From positions 80,081 through 144,080 of the forward strand of contig JAZRZP010000040.1 in assembly GCA_045601425.1 (NCBI GenBank): a DNA stretch of 64,000 nt, written 5' to 3'. Each line of letters begins with the position of its first letter. Within the stretch, counting starts at the first letter, position 1. Under the pieces are notes generated by a model that was not told the DNA's origin, searched no databases, and saw only the letters and a list, made by a program, of their open reading frames with translations. The position numbers and the translations under genes are program-made. This stretch comes from Bacteroidales bacterium. Lineage in GTDB: Bacteria > Bacteroidota > Bacteroidia > Bacteroidales > P3. Positions 48,715-56,993 of the stretch are shown in pieces.

Positions 48715-51343
48715 AAAACCCTTTTTGATATTGTTAACGCTTTGCTTTTCAATATCTTATTCCTGCAAGAACGAACAGCACTTCATCAGCGACAGGAACT
48801 ACCGCAATCAGGTGGAGGCCGATTTTTCCAAACGTCCGTTCACTGCCGAACGACAAGCCGAACTTGCATTGATAATGGGGAACGACACCGTTTCGCCAGC
48901 CGAAAAGGAAGCTCTGAAATTCCTGTATGCCTATATGCCTTACAGCGACCTTGCCGATTATGATGCCGGTTTTTTTCTGAAACAGGTGAGGTATTCTTTG
49001 TTGGCGAGAGAGACTTTCTCTTGGGGAAAAACCATCCCCGAAGACGTTTTCAGACATTTCGTACTGGTTTACCGTGTAAACAATGAAAATCTCGATACTG
49101 CACGGATTGTCTTTTTCAACGCATTGAAAGACAGGGTGAAAGGTCTTTCGATGTACGATGCGGCTCTCGAAGTCAACCATTGGTGCCACGAAAAGGTTAC
49201 CTACCGTGGGTCGGATATGCGTACTTCGGCACCGTTGGCCACAATGCGTACCGCACTCGGACGGTGCGGCGAAGAATCCACGTTTGCCGTTACGGCACTG
49301 AGAAGCGTAGGAATACCTGCACGCCAGTGCTATACTCCGCGATGGGCACATACCGACGACAATCACGCTTGGGTTGAAGTGTGGATCGACGGGGAATGGC
49401 ATTTTCTCGGTGCCTGCGAGCCTGAACCCGAACTCGACATGGGCTGGTTCAGTATCCCTTCCACACGCTGCATGATGGTGCACAGCAACGCTTTCGGCAA
49501 ATATACCGGAACCGAAGAGGTTACGGCTCAAAGCGGACTCTTTTCACGTGTAAACATGCTCGGAAACTACGCTCCGACACGAAAAATCACAGTTCAGACT
49601 GTCGGCAGGGACGGAAAACCTGTCGGAAACGCCGAAGTGAAGTTCAAACTCTACAACTATTCGGAATATTACCCGATTGCCGTTGCCAGAACCGATTCCG
49701 AGGGCATGGCTTCGCTGACTACTGGGTTGGGAGACCTGCTCATTCATGCTTCTGACGGGAAACGCTACAACTACAGCAAGACAGATGTCCGGAGGCAGGA
49801 TACCGTTGTTCTGGTGCTTGACCGTGTTCCCGGTGAGGAATACACGGAATATCTGGACATCGTTCCTCCTCAGGAAGGTTTTTCCAAAGTAAAGCCTTCG
49901 GCTGAAAAAGTCGCGGAAAACTCACGTAGGCTGGCTTTTGAGGATTCCGTCAGAAATGTCTACACATCTACTTTCCCCACCGAGGAACAGATGTGGAAAA
50001 TGATAGAGCCGCGACAGAAAAATGACCTGCTTGAAGAACAACGGGAAAAACTGTGGACACTTGTCAGAAAATCCGAAGGCAATTACGCCGAACTGCTGGA
50101 TTATATGCTGAACAGCGGCTGGCATTCTGAAGAATTCAACAGTACATACGATTATCTCTGTACCTGTTCCGATAAGGATTTGAGGGACATCACCACCGAC
50201 GTGCTCAAGGCACAGCGCACTTATTTCGATGAGGAGAATCCGGAATATCCGCTGTCCGTCTATAAGAAAGGCATACTTCCGGCTCGCATAAGCAACGAGC
50301 AGGTACGCCCGTGGCGTCAGCCGCTGAAAGAAGCTCTCGGCGGGATAGCTACTGCTTCTGAATTGAGGGACTGGACACTTGAGAATATTTCCGTCGATGA
50401 TACCGGCAACTACTTCAACTGCCCCATATCACCCATGGGTGTATTTGCTCTGCGGCACAGCGACGCCCACAGCCGGGACATTTTCTTCGTGGCTGCCTGC
50501 CGGAGCCTTGACATACCCGCTTATTTGGACAATGCTACAAATCAGATATTTGTATATCAAAATGGCGTTTGGAAAAACGTTTCGTTCGAAGACAGGTCTT
50601 CTTCATCCAAGACGGGTACTCTGGTACTCACGTACGACAAAACTTCTGACGTAAATCCTGTTTACTGGTCGCACTACACAATTGCAAAATTTGAAAACGG
50701 CGATTTCGTCACTTTCGATTTTGAAAACGATCCGCGTGTGGCGGAATTTCCGGCAGCAGTCTCTCTGGATTCCGGTTATTACATGCTTTCCACAGGCAAC
50801 CGCTACAGCGACGGCACAGCACTTTCCAAACTTGTTTTTTTCAATGTCAAAGCCGGAGAAAAAGTTACGCTCCCTGTGGAGCTTCGGGCTCTGGTTCCGC
50901 GTACCGAGTCGCACGGAACGCTGTCGCTTTCGCAGAAGACGCCTTGGGGAAAAACTTTGTCGGAATGTGTTAAAGACCACAATCTCGTCATTGCTTTCAT
51001 CGATCCGAACCGCGAACCTACACGGCATCTGATTTCCGAGCTTGAGACTTATAAATCGCAGTTCGAAAATTGGAACGGCACCTTGGCTTTCCTTGTCCCT
51101 ACCGACAAAATGACCAAGGATTTGGATTTGCAGAAACTCGCACAGCGGCTTCCGGAAAATTCCCTGATCATGGAGGATGAAAACTCCAACTGGCAGAACT
51201 CCATCATTGAGGAATGCGATATTTATTTCCGTGATAATCTGCCGCTCGTCCTTGTCGTTGATGAAAAAGGCAACATCACATTCAAGTCCGAAGGTTACCG
51301 CATAGGTACGGGCGAACTGCTTTTCAAATCGCTCGGAAAATAG
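48707..51343 (+). CDS. transglutaminase-like cysteine peptidase domain lipoprotein with a C-terminal thioredoxin-like region
   Basis: Lipoprotein signal (LTLCFSISYSC). Transglutaminase core (GRCGEESTFAVTALRSVGIPARQCYTPRWAHTDDNHAWVEVWIDGEWHFLGACEP: Cys-His-Asp). 878 aa. Confidence 0.7.
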   Translation: MNKKPFLILLTLCFSISYSCKNEQHFISDRNYRNQVEADFSKRPFTAERQAELALIMGNDTVSPAEKEALKFLYAYMPYSDLADYDAGFFLKQVRYSLLARETFSWGKTIPEDVFRHFVLVYRVNNENLDTARIVFFNALKDRVKGLSMYDAALEVNHWCHEKVTYRGSDMRTSAPLATMRTALGRCGEESTFAVTALRSVGIPARQCYTPRWAHTDDNHAWVEVWIDGEWHFLGACEPEPELDMGWFSIPSTRCMMVHSNAFGKYTGTEEVTAQSGLFSRVNMLGNYAPTRKITVQTVGRDGKPVGNAEVKFKLYNYSEYYPIAVARTDSEGMASLTTGLGDLLIHASDGKRYNYSKTDVRRQDTVVLVLDRVPGEEYTEYLDIVPPQEGFSKVKPSAEKVAENSRRLAFEDSVRNVYTSTFPTEEQMWKMIEPRQKNDLLEEQREKLWTLVRKSEGNYAELLDYMLNSGWHSEEFNSTYDYLCTCSDKDLRDITTDVLKAQRTYFDEENPEYPLSVYKKGILPARISNEQVRPWRQPLKEALGGIATASELRDWTLENISVDDTGNYFNCPISPMGVFALRHSDAHSRDIFFVAACRSLDIPAYLDNATNQIFVYQNGVWKNVSFEDRSSSSKTGTLVLTYDKTSDVNPVYWSHYTIAKFENGDFVTFDFENDPRVAEFPAAVSLDSGYYMLSTGNRYSDGTALSKLVFFNVKAGEKVTLPVELRALVPRTESHGTLSLSQKTPWGKTLSECVKDHNLVIAFIDPNREPTRHLISELETYKSQFENWNGTLAFLVPTDKMTKDLDLQKLAQRLPENSLIMEDENSNWQNSIIEECDIYFRDNLPLVLVVDEKGNITFKSEGYRIGTGELLFKSLGK

Positions 51344-51428
51344 GATTCTCTTGCTGGAATACCGAACCGGCAAACCTCGGATTTTCCATTTTTTTTCGGA
51401 AAAATTTTGTCGGTTCGGAAAAATGTCG

Positions 51429-51436
51429 TAACTTTG
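51429..51436 (+). promoter_or_regulatory. -7 promoter box TAACTTTG for the Fic-family gene
   Basis: Consensus match 92 bp upstream of the ATG at 51528; overlaps the first copy of a 16-bp direct repeat. Confidence 0.45.
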
Positions 51437-51480
51437 CGGATCAAAACAGGCTAAAAAAAACATGTTTGCGGATCAAAACA
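51434..51480 (+). repeat. two copies of 16-bp direct repeat TTTGCGGATCAAAACA (51434-51449 and 51465-51480)
   Basis: Exact 16/16 identity, spaced 31 bp, spanning the -7 box and the predicted 5' leader of the Fic gene. Confidence 0.8.
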
Positions 51481-51527
51481 ACTTTGAATTCGATGAAAAC
51501 ATCCTGTTTTTGAGCTGAAAAAACGGT

Positions 51528-52568
51528 ATGCGAATGGATACGAATCGTGAAATACTACAGTTTCTGCACTATCATCCAAATTCCTCGAGAATGGAAATAA
51601 CCGGTGGGGTGGGTTTTCAGGGGAGCGAAGCGACGATGAAACGGATTTTGGCATGCGAGGTTGCAAACGGCAACATCCTTGTCAGTGGAGTTGGCCGTGC
51701 TACGCGGTACATGCTTAGTTCCCAAGCCCATATCACGATGCCGCTCAATCTCGATACATATTTTGCCAAGGATATCGAGGATAGGGAAATACAGGAGGGT
51801 TTCAACCATGATTTGATTTGTGGACAACTTCCAAAGGTCGATGTTTTCTCGGCCGAAGAGCTGGATCATCTCAACGGTCTTCAGCAGGAATTCAGAATGC
51901 ATGCGGATGAAATGACGGAGAATGAATACCGTAAGGAGATGGAGCGCCTCGGTATCGACCTTAGCTGGAAATCTTCGCAAATAGAAGGGAACACGTATTC
52001 GCTGCTGGAAACCGAGCGTCTGTTGCGTGAGAGCAAGACGGCCGACGGCAAGACTAAGGAGGAAGCCGTGATGCTGCTCAACCACAAGGATGCACTAAAG
52101 TTCGTGCTGGACAATCCTGACTATTTGCAGCAGTTGACGGTGGGTAGAATCGAAGACATCCATGCCTTGCTGACGAAAGAACTGTCGGTGGACAAGGGTA
52201 TACGCCACCGTCGTGTCGGCATCACTGGGACGAAGTACCGTCCGCTGGACAATGAATTTCAGATACGTGAAGCCATGCGGGACACATGCACGCTCATCAA
52301 CGGCAAAGCCAATGTGTTTGAAAAAGCCCTACTTGCCCTTGTGCTTCTGAGTTACATACAGGCTTTCATGGACGGAAACAAACGTACGGCCCGCATCACG
52401 AGCAATGCTTTGCTGATAGCCAATCGCTATTGCCCGATATCTTTCCGCTCGGTGGATTCAATCGATTACAAGAAGGCCATGCTGATATTCTACGAACAGA
52501 ACAACATCAGCGCATTCAAGCGGATATTCATATCCCAGTTCGAATTCGCGGTAAGGGAATATTTTTGA
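51528..52568 (+). CDS. Fic/Doc family protein with N-terminal winged-helix domain and a degenerate Doc-like motif
   Basis: Fic_N-like SSQIEGNTYSLLETERLL. Fido core reads QAFMDGNKRTAR in place of HPFxDGNGRxxR (His->Gln; second Gly->Lys as in Doc). Confidence 0.7.
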   Translation: MRMDTNREILQFLHYHPNSSRMEITGGVGFQGSEATMKRILACEVANGNILVSGVGRATRYMLSSQAHITMPLNLDTYFAKDIEDREIQEGFNHDLICGQLPKVDVFSAEELDHLNGLQQEFRMHADEMTENEYRKEMERLGIDLSWKSSQIEGNTYSLLETERLLRESKTADGKTKEEAVMLLNHKDALKFVLDNPDYLQQLTVGRIEDIHALLTKELSVDKGIRHRRVGITGTKYRPLDNEFQIREAMRDTCTLINGKANVFEKALLALVLLSYIQAFMDGNKRTARITSNALLIANRYCPISFRSVDSIDYKKAMLIFYEQNNISAFKRIFISQFEFAVREYF

Positions 52569-52686
52569 TTTCCCCTTATCCCCCGATTGCCATTTGATTC
52601 CATTCACACAACTTTGTGTGAATGACAGTGGGTTGCAAAAAAAACAAAAACCTTGGATGTTTCTTTTATTGGACGACGAACACTAA

Positions 52687-53568
52687 TCAATAGAACAATA
52701 ATATATCATTTGGAGTTATGTCAATCATCTTTTTCAATACATCATATTCGTTATATATCATATAACGTATCAATACCTTTTCTTGTTTAAGATATTGCGT
52801 AAAATCTTTATTGAGAGCAGAGGCAAAATTTTTGCTCATTCTATTTTTAAACTCTTCGTAATCAGTGAATTCTTCGCAGTAATCAGGTACTGTTGTTTTT
52901 ATCATCAATAAACCATTTAAAAAAATGGCTACATTTTGCGTTGTACATTCATCAATTTGGATGGGTAGTTGAGCGTTTAATGATTCCACTGATTTGGATA
53001 TAATATTGTATAAATCTGTAGAGTTTTTTTGATTACCATTCAGTAGTAGACCTCTCATTATTTCATCAGAATAATCCGTGGGGCTATTTTTAGTGTATTT
53101 ACCCAAAGAGAAAAATGAAAATTCTATAAGATATCCATTATTGATAATCAAGTATGATAAGGTTTTCAGTGACTCATCATACTCACTGTTTATAGGGATG
53201 TTAAACTTTAGTTTGAGGCATTTAACGACACCGTCCATTGTTTGAATGGTTCCTTTAGAAATATCCACAAGGTTTTCATTATCCATTTGCCTGTATTGTT
53301 GAACAGTATTGTCATCCCAAACATTTACAGTTGATTCAAGTCCATAGTCCCAATATGATGCAGATATTATGTAATCGTTTGATTCGATTTTCAATACCAT
53401 ATGTGGGGCATTTTGAATTGTGGTTTCTTTGAATTGTGTTGGATATTCAAAAGAAAACACCTCGCAATGGAATGTTTTTTTGCTCAACGGTGTTTTATTT
53501 TGGCTGAAAATAGGATTGAAGATTCCGCATGTGAGTAGGAAAAATATATAAAAATGTAAAGGCCTCAT
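52687..53568 (-). CDS. hypothetical secreted protein encoded in the AT-rich islet
   Basis: 293 aa, signal peptide (FYIFFLLTCGIFNPIFSQ). About 28% GC against a ~47% background. No recognisable domain. Confidence 0.5.
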   Translation of the reverse strand: MRPLHFYIFFLLTCGIFNPIFSQNKTPLSKKTFHCEVFSFEYPTQFKETTIQNAPHMVLKIESNDYIISASYWDYGLESTVNVWDDNTVQQYRQMDNENLVDISKGTIQTMDGVVKCLKLKFNIPINSEYDESLKTLSYLIINNGYLIEFSFFSLGKYTKNSPTDYSDEIMRGLLLNGNQKNSTDLYNIISKSVESLNAQLPIQIDECTTQNVAIFLNGLLMIKTTVPDYCEEFTDYEEFKNRMSKNFASALNKDFTQYLKQEKVLIRYMIYNEYDVLKKMIDITPNDILLFY

Positions 53569-53629
53569 TTCAACATAAACTAAATTTTATTATCATTAAT
53601 GGTAAAAATCAGGATACAACAAGTGGAAT

Positions 53630-54004
53630 TTAATCGATGTTGTTTTTACCCACTTTTTTCGTTAAAAATTTTTTAATGGGTTTAAGTAAGGATACACCTA
53701 TTCCGAACCCAATTATTTTGATAAAATATCCTCCAAAGCCCAATCCATCTCCCAAGATGGTGAAGATGGTTACACAAAATAAGACAGTAAAGAAAGCGAT
53801 AATCCAGTATACCAATGTCCATCCTATGGATAGCCCATCATCATAATTGGTGTTTTCTTGATAGTCACTTTCTTCAGACCGAGTACTGTCATCACTTTTT
53901 ATGGATTTTACGTTAGTTAAAGGAGTGTTGCAAAATGGACAATTATTAAATCTATCACTTATTTCTTTACCACAAATATGGTTTGGACATTTTACGGTTC
54001 CCAT
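53630..54004 (-). CDS. hypothetical zinc-ribbon membrane protein in the AT-rich islet
   Basis: CPNHICGKEI...CPFCNTP zinc ribbon followed by two TM helices. Start at the internal ATG 54004; the ORF extends to 54121. Confidence 0.45.
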   Translation of the reverse strand: MGTVKCPNHICGKEISDRFNNCPFCNTPLTNVKSIKSDDSTRSEESDYQENTNYDDGLSIGWTLVYWIIAFFTVLFCVTIFTILGDGLGFGGYFIKIIGFGIGVSLLKPIKKFLTKKVGKNNID

Positions 54005-54411
54005 GATTCTTTCTCCCTGATACGTGTCGGGCGCAACCTTTACCGCCCCCAACGGCACAAACACGGGCAATCGTAAAAAACTTGCAAAAAGAAAGCGGAG
54101 CCGTTCATGTTCCAACTTCATTTCCGACTGAAGGGCTGGACTTCCCGTTTGGAAAAATAAAGTTCACTGAAATGCTCCACCATGGATGTATCGTAAAAGA
54201 ACGATTACAAACCAAAGCGTGCGAATCATGCAACTTCTGCCCTTCCAAACTTGCAAGAAATGTCCAGTTTCTCAGTCAAGGGACGAAGCGACAAATGCGC
54301 TTTCTCCGTCGAATCATCTCTGTTGATTCAACGTTGCAAAATTACGAATAAATTCCGGTTCTGCAAGTTTTTTTTTGTAAAAAAGCACAATATATTGGTT
54401 TTCAATAATAT

Positions 54412-54447
54412 ATAAAACAAGCAGGCTATCTGAAAGATAGCCTGCTT
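54412..54447 (-). terminator. rho-independent terminator of tnaA (bidirectional hairpin)
   Basis: 12-bp perfect stem AAGCAGGCTATC-TGAAA-GATAGCCTGCTT with A/T runs on both sides, 25 bp past the tnaA stop. Confidence 0.75.
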
Positions 54448-54471
54448 TTCGGTGTTTTTTGTTTGAAAAAA

Positions 54472-55848
54472 CTATTTCAGACGACGGAACTGACAGGTGA
54501 AGTGACGCATGAGTTCGGCTTCCCATGTTATTTCCAGACCGCGTTTGATGGTGTCTCTGCGGTCGTAAACGTTTTTCAGAGCTGCTGCTATCACGTCCAT
54601 GTGGTTGTTTGTGTAAACACGGCGGGGTATGCAGAGGCGTACGAAATCGAGACCGCCGAAACGGTTTTCGCGGGTTACAGGGTCGCGGTCGGCGAGAACG
54701 TAACCGATTTCGCAGGCACGGATACCGGCTTCGAGATAAAGTTCGCAGGTAAGTGTCTGTGCGGGGAATTCTTCCTTGGGTATGTTGGTCAGCACCTTGT
54801 CGGCGTCAACGAAAATGGCGTGACCGCCGGCGGGACGCTGGTAAGGAATGCCGTATTCGTCGAGTTTCTTTGCAAGGTATGCAACCTGTTTGATACGTGT
54901 TTCGATCATGTCGAATTCAAGGTTTTCGCGGAGACCTACAGCCAGAGCGTCCATGTCGCGGCCGTTCATACCGCCGTAAGTGAGGAAGCCTTCGCAGGAA
55001 ATGGCGAATTTCTGGGCACCTTTGTACCATTCTTCCTTGCTGGTGGCAATGAAACCGCCCATGTTTACAAGACCGTCTTTCTTTGCCGACATTGTCATGC
55101 TGTCTGCATAGCTGAACATTTCCTTCGCAATTTCAGCGATGGTCTTGTCTGCATAGCCTTCTTCGCGTGTCTTGATGAAGTAGGCGTTCTCAATGAAACG
55201 TGCGGAGTCCATGTTTACGGGAACACCGTATTTGTGGCAGAGTTCGCATGTTTCGCGTATGTTCTTCATGCTTACGGGCTGTCCGCCGACTGTGTTGTTG
55301 GTAACGGTGAGAACCATGAAAGGAATGTTCCCCTGATTTTCTTTCAGGACTTTTTCGAGTTTGTCGAGACCAACGTTTCCTTTGAAAGGAACTTCAAGCT
55401 GTGTGTCGTGTGCTTCGTCGCAGGTTACGTCGATGGCGAATGCCTTGCGGCTTTCGATGTGGCCTTTCGTGGTATCGAAGTGTGCATTGCCGGGAATGAC
55501 CATACCGGGTTTTACCAAGTACGAGAACAGTACGTTTTCAGCGGCACGTCCCTGATGTGTAGGAATAACGTATTTGAATCCTGTAATGTCGCATACTGTG
55601 TTTTTGAAGTTGAAGAAACTGCGTGCACCTGCATAGCTTTCATCGCCGAGCATCATTGCACTCCACTGCTTGTCACTCATGGCACCTGTACCAGAGTCGG
55701 TGCAGAGGTCAATGTAAACCTGTTCCGATTTCAACATGAAAATGTTGTTGCCGGCTTCTTCAAGCCATTTTTCGCGTTCTTCGCGTGTGGATTTCTTAAT
55801 GGGTTCAACCATTTTTATTTTCCAACTTTCTGCAAATGGTAATTCCAT
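54472..55848 (-). CDS. tnaA: tryptophanase (tryptophan indole-lyase)
   Basis: Collinear similarity to E. coli TnaA (IDLLTDSGTGA; TIPTHQGRGAE; PVSL.N....; DSARFAENAYFIK; SAKKD; RLTIPR..YT..HMD). Confidence 0.9.
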   Translation of the reverse strand: MELPFAESWKIKMVEPIKKSTREEREKWLEEAGNNIFMLKSEQVYIDLCTDSGTGAMSDKQWSAMMLGDESYAGARSFFNFKNTVCDITGFKYVIPTHQGRAAENVLFSYLVKPGMVIPGNAHFDTTKGHIESRKAFAIDVTCDEAHDTQLEVPFKGNVGLDKLEKVLKENQGNIPFMVLTVTNNTVGGQPVSMKNIRETCELCHKYGVPVNMDSARFIENAYFIKTREEGYADKTIAEIAKEMFSYADSMTMSAKKDGLVNMGGFIATSKEEWYKGAQKFAISCEGFLTYGGMNGRDMDALAVGLRENLEFDMIETRIKQVAYLAKKLDEYGIPYQRPAGGHAIFVDADKVLTNIPKEEFPAQTLTCELYLEAGIRACEIGYVLADRDPVTRENRFGGLDFVRLCIPRRVYTNNHMDVIAAALKNVYDRRDTIKRGLEITWEAELMRHFTCQFRRLK

Positions 55849-56159
55849 ATCTGTTATTTTTTAATTGTTTATTATGTTTTTAATTATCTCCAAGCAATAA
55901 GGCGTAACAAATTCGATTTGCTACAGTTCCAAAAAAACTAAAATACACGGGACTTCAATCAGTACACGAATTCGTCTCTTCTTTTGATGTTCAAAAAAAG
56001 TTCAGCTCCTGCTACGATATGTGTGTACTGTATATTCATTTGTAGTGCAAATTTACAAAATAATTCCGAATCTGCAAAACTTTTTTCTATATACTTGATT
56101 TTCAAGTAATTTAAACTGCAATACCGGAAAAATCAATTTTTTTTTCCGGTAAAATACTT

Positions 56160-56462
56160 TCAATGCACGATGTTCTGGTATATGCAGTTTGCAATCAGTA
56201 TGACGGCGTTTGCTACGAGAAGTTTGGTCAGCGGTGCGTTAAGGACACTACTGCGGGTTATTTTTGCCAAGGCATACCACAAAAGGGAAAAAATCAGCGG
56301 GAACAGCGGCGGGAACATTTTCACGGATTCCCATATTTCGCCCTGAAACAGCAAAATTATTGCCCTTTGACCTCCGCACATCGGGCATGAAAAACCGAAT
56401 AACTGTTTGTACATGCACGGAAACTGATGCTCGGACAGCCAAAGGGCAATATCTGAAAGCAT
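56160..56462 (-). CDS. DUF2752 domain protein
   Basis: 100 aa; CPMCGGQRA motif and two TM helices. Confidence 0.5.
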   Translation of the reverse strand: MLSDIALWLSEHQFPCMYKQLFGFSCPMCGGQRAIILLFQGEIWESVKMFPPLFPLIFSLLWYALAKITRSSVLNAPLTKLLVANAVILIANCIYQNIVH

Positions 56463-56471
56463 AATAATTTC

Positions 56472-56765
56472 TTAGAACATTCCTGCGAAACTGGCTGCTG
56501 TCCCCAAAATCAGACCCCAAACAACCCAGTAAACGATTGAGATTGCTCCGACAACGATACCGATGATGGAACAGATTTTACCGGCTTTTGCCATACCTGC
56601 ACCAGTGTAAACTTCAGGATTTTCAGCATCCAAAGCCAAGGCTTTCTTTGATTTGCTCAAACCGATAATACCTAAAATAAAACCAGCAATGTAGCAAGAA
56701 GTTGCAATTGCTACGATACCTAAAATCATACCTGCTAATGCACCTGGTAATTTTTGTTTTTCCAT
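56472..56765 (-). CDS. small membrane protein (DUF4190/CD225-like)
   Basis: 97 aa (from the internal ATG 56765), two Gly-rich TM helices. Confidence 0.45.
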   Translation of the reverse strand: MEKQKLPGALAGMILGIVAIATSCYIAGFILGIIGLSKSKKALALDAENPEVYTGAGMAKAGKICSIIGIVVGAISIVYWVVWGLILGTAASFAGMF

Positions 56766-56993
56766 GTTAAAAAATGTATTTAAGTTAAGGACTCCTGTTT
56801 TATCATTCGGTTTGTACCCGCTTTCCGCACCGGAGTCCCAAAAATGCGACAAGCGAAATACATCTGCAAAGTTACAATTTTTTTTTCAAAAGTCGCGTTT
56901 TTTTTTAAAAAATTATGATTTTTTTTAGAAAAAGGTCCGGAAATGCTTTTAAGGATAAGTGTTTTTGCATTGTACCCGTTTTTTTCCGGTCGG

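Noticed and set aside
54463-55842. 459-aa plus-strand ORF antisense to tnaA, almost exactly the length of tnaA itself
   Set aside because: The ORF is codon-aligned with the real minus-strand tnaA gene (same phase). Stops in this frame would require the rare sense codons TTA/CTA/TCA, which the gene avoids. The translated protein is Cys/Phe/Val-rich junk, while the minus-strand product is an excellent tryptophanase. It is a shadow ORF.
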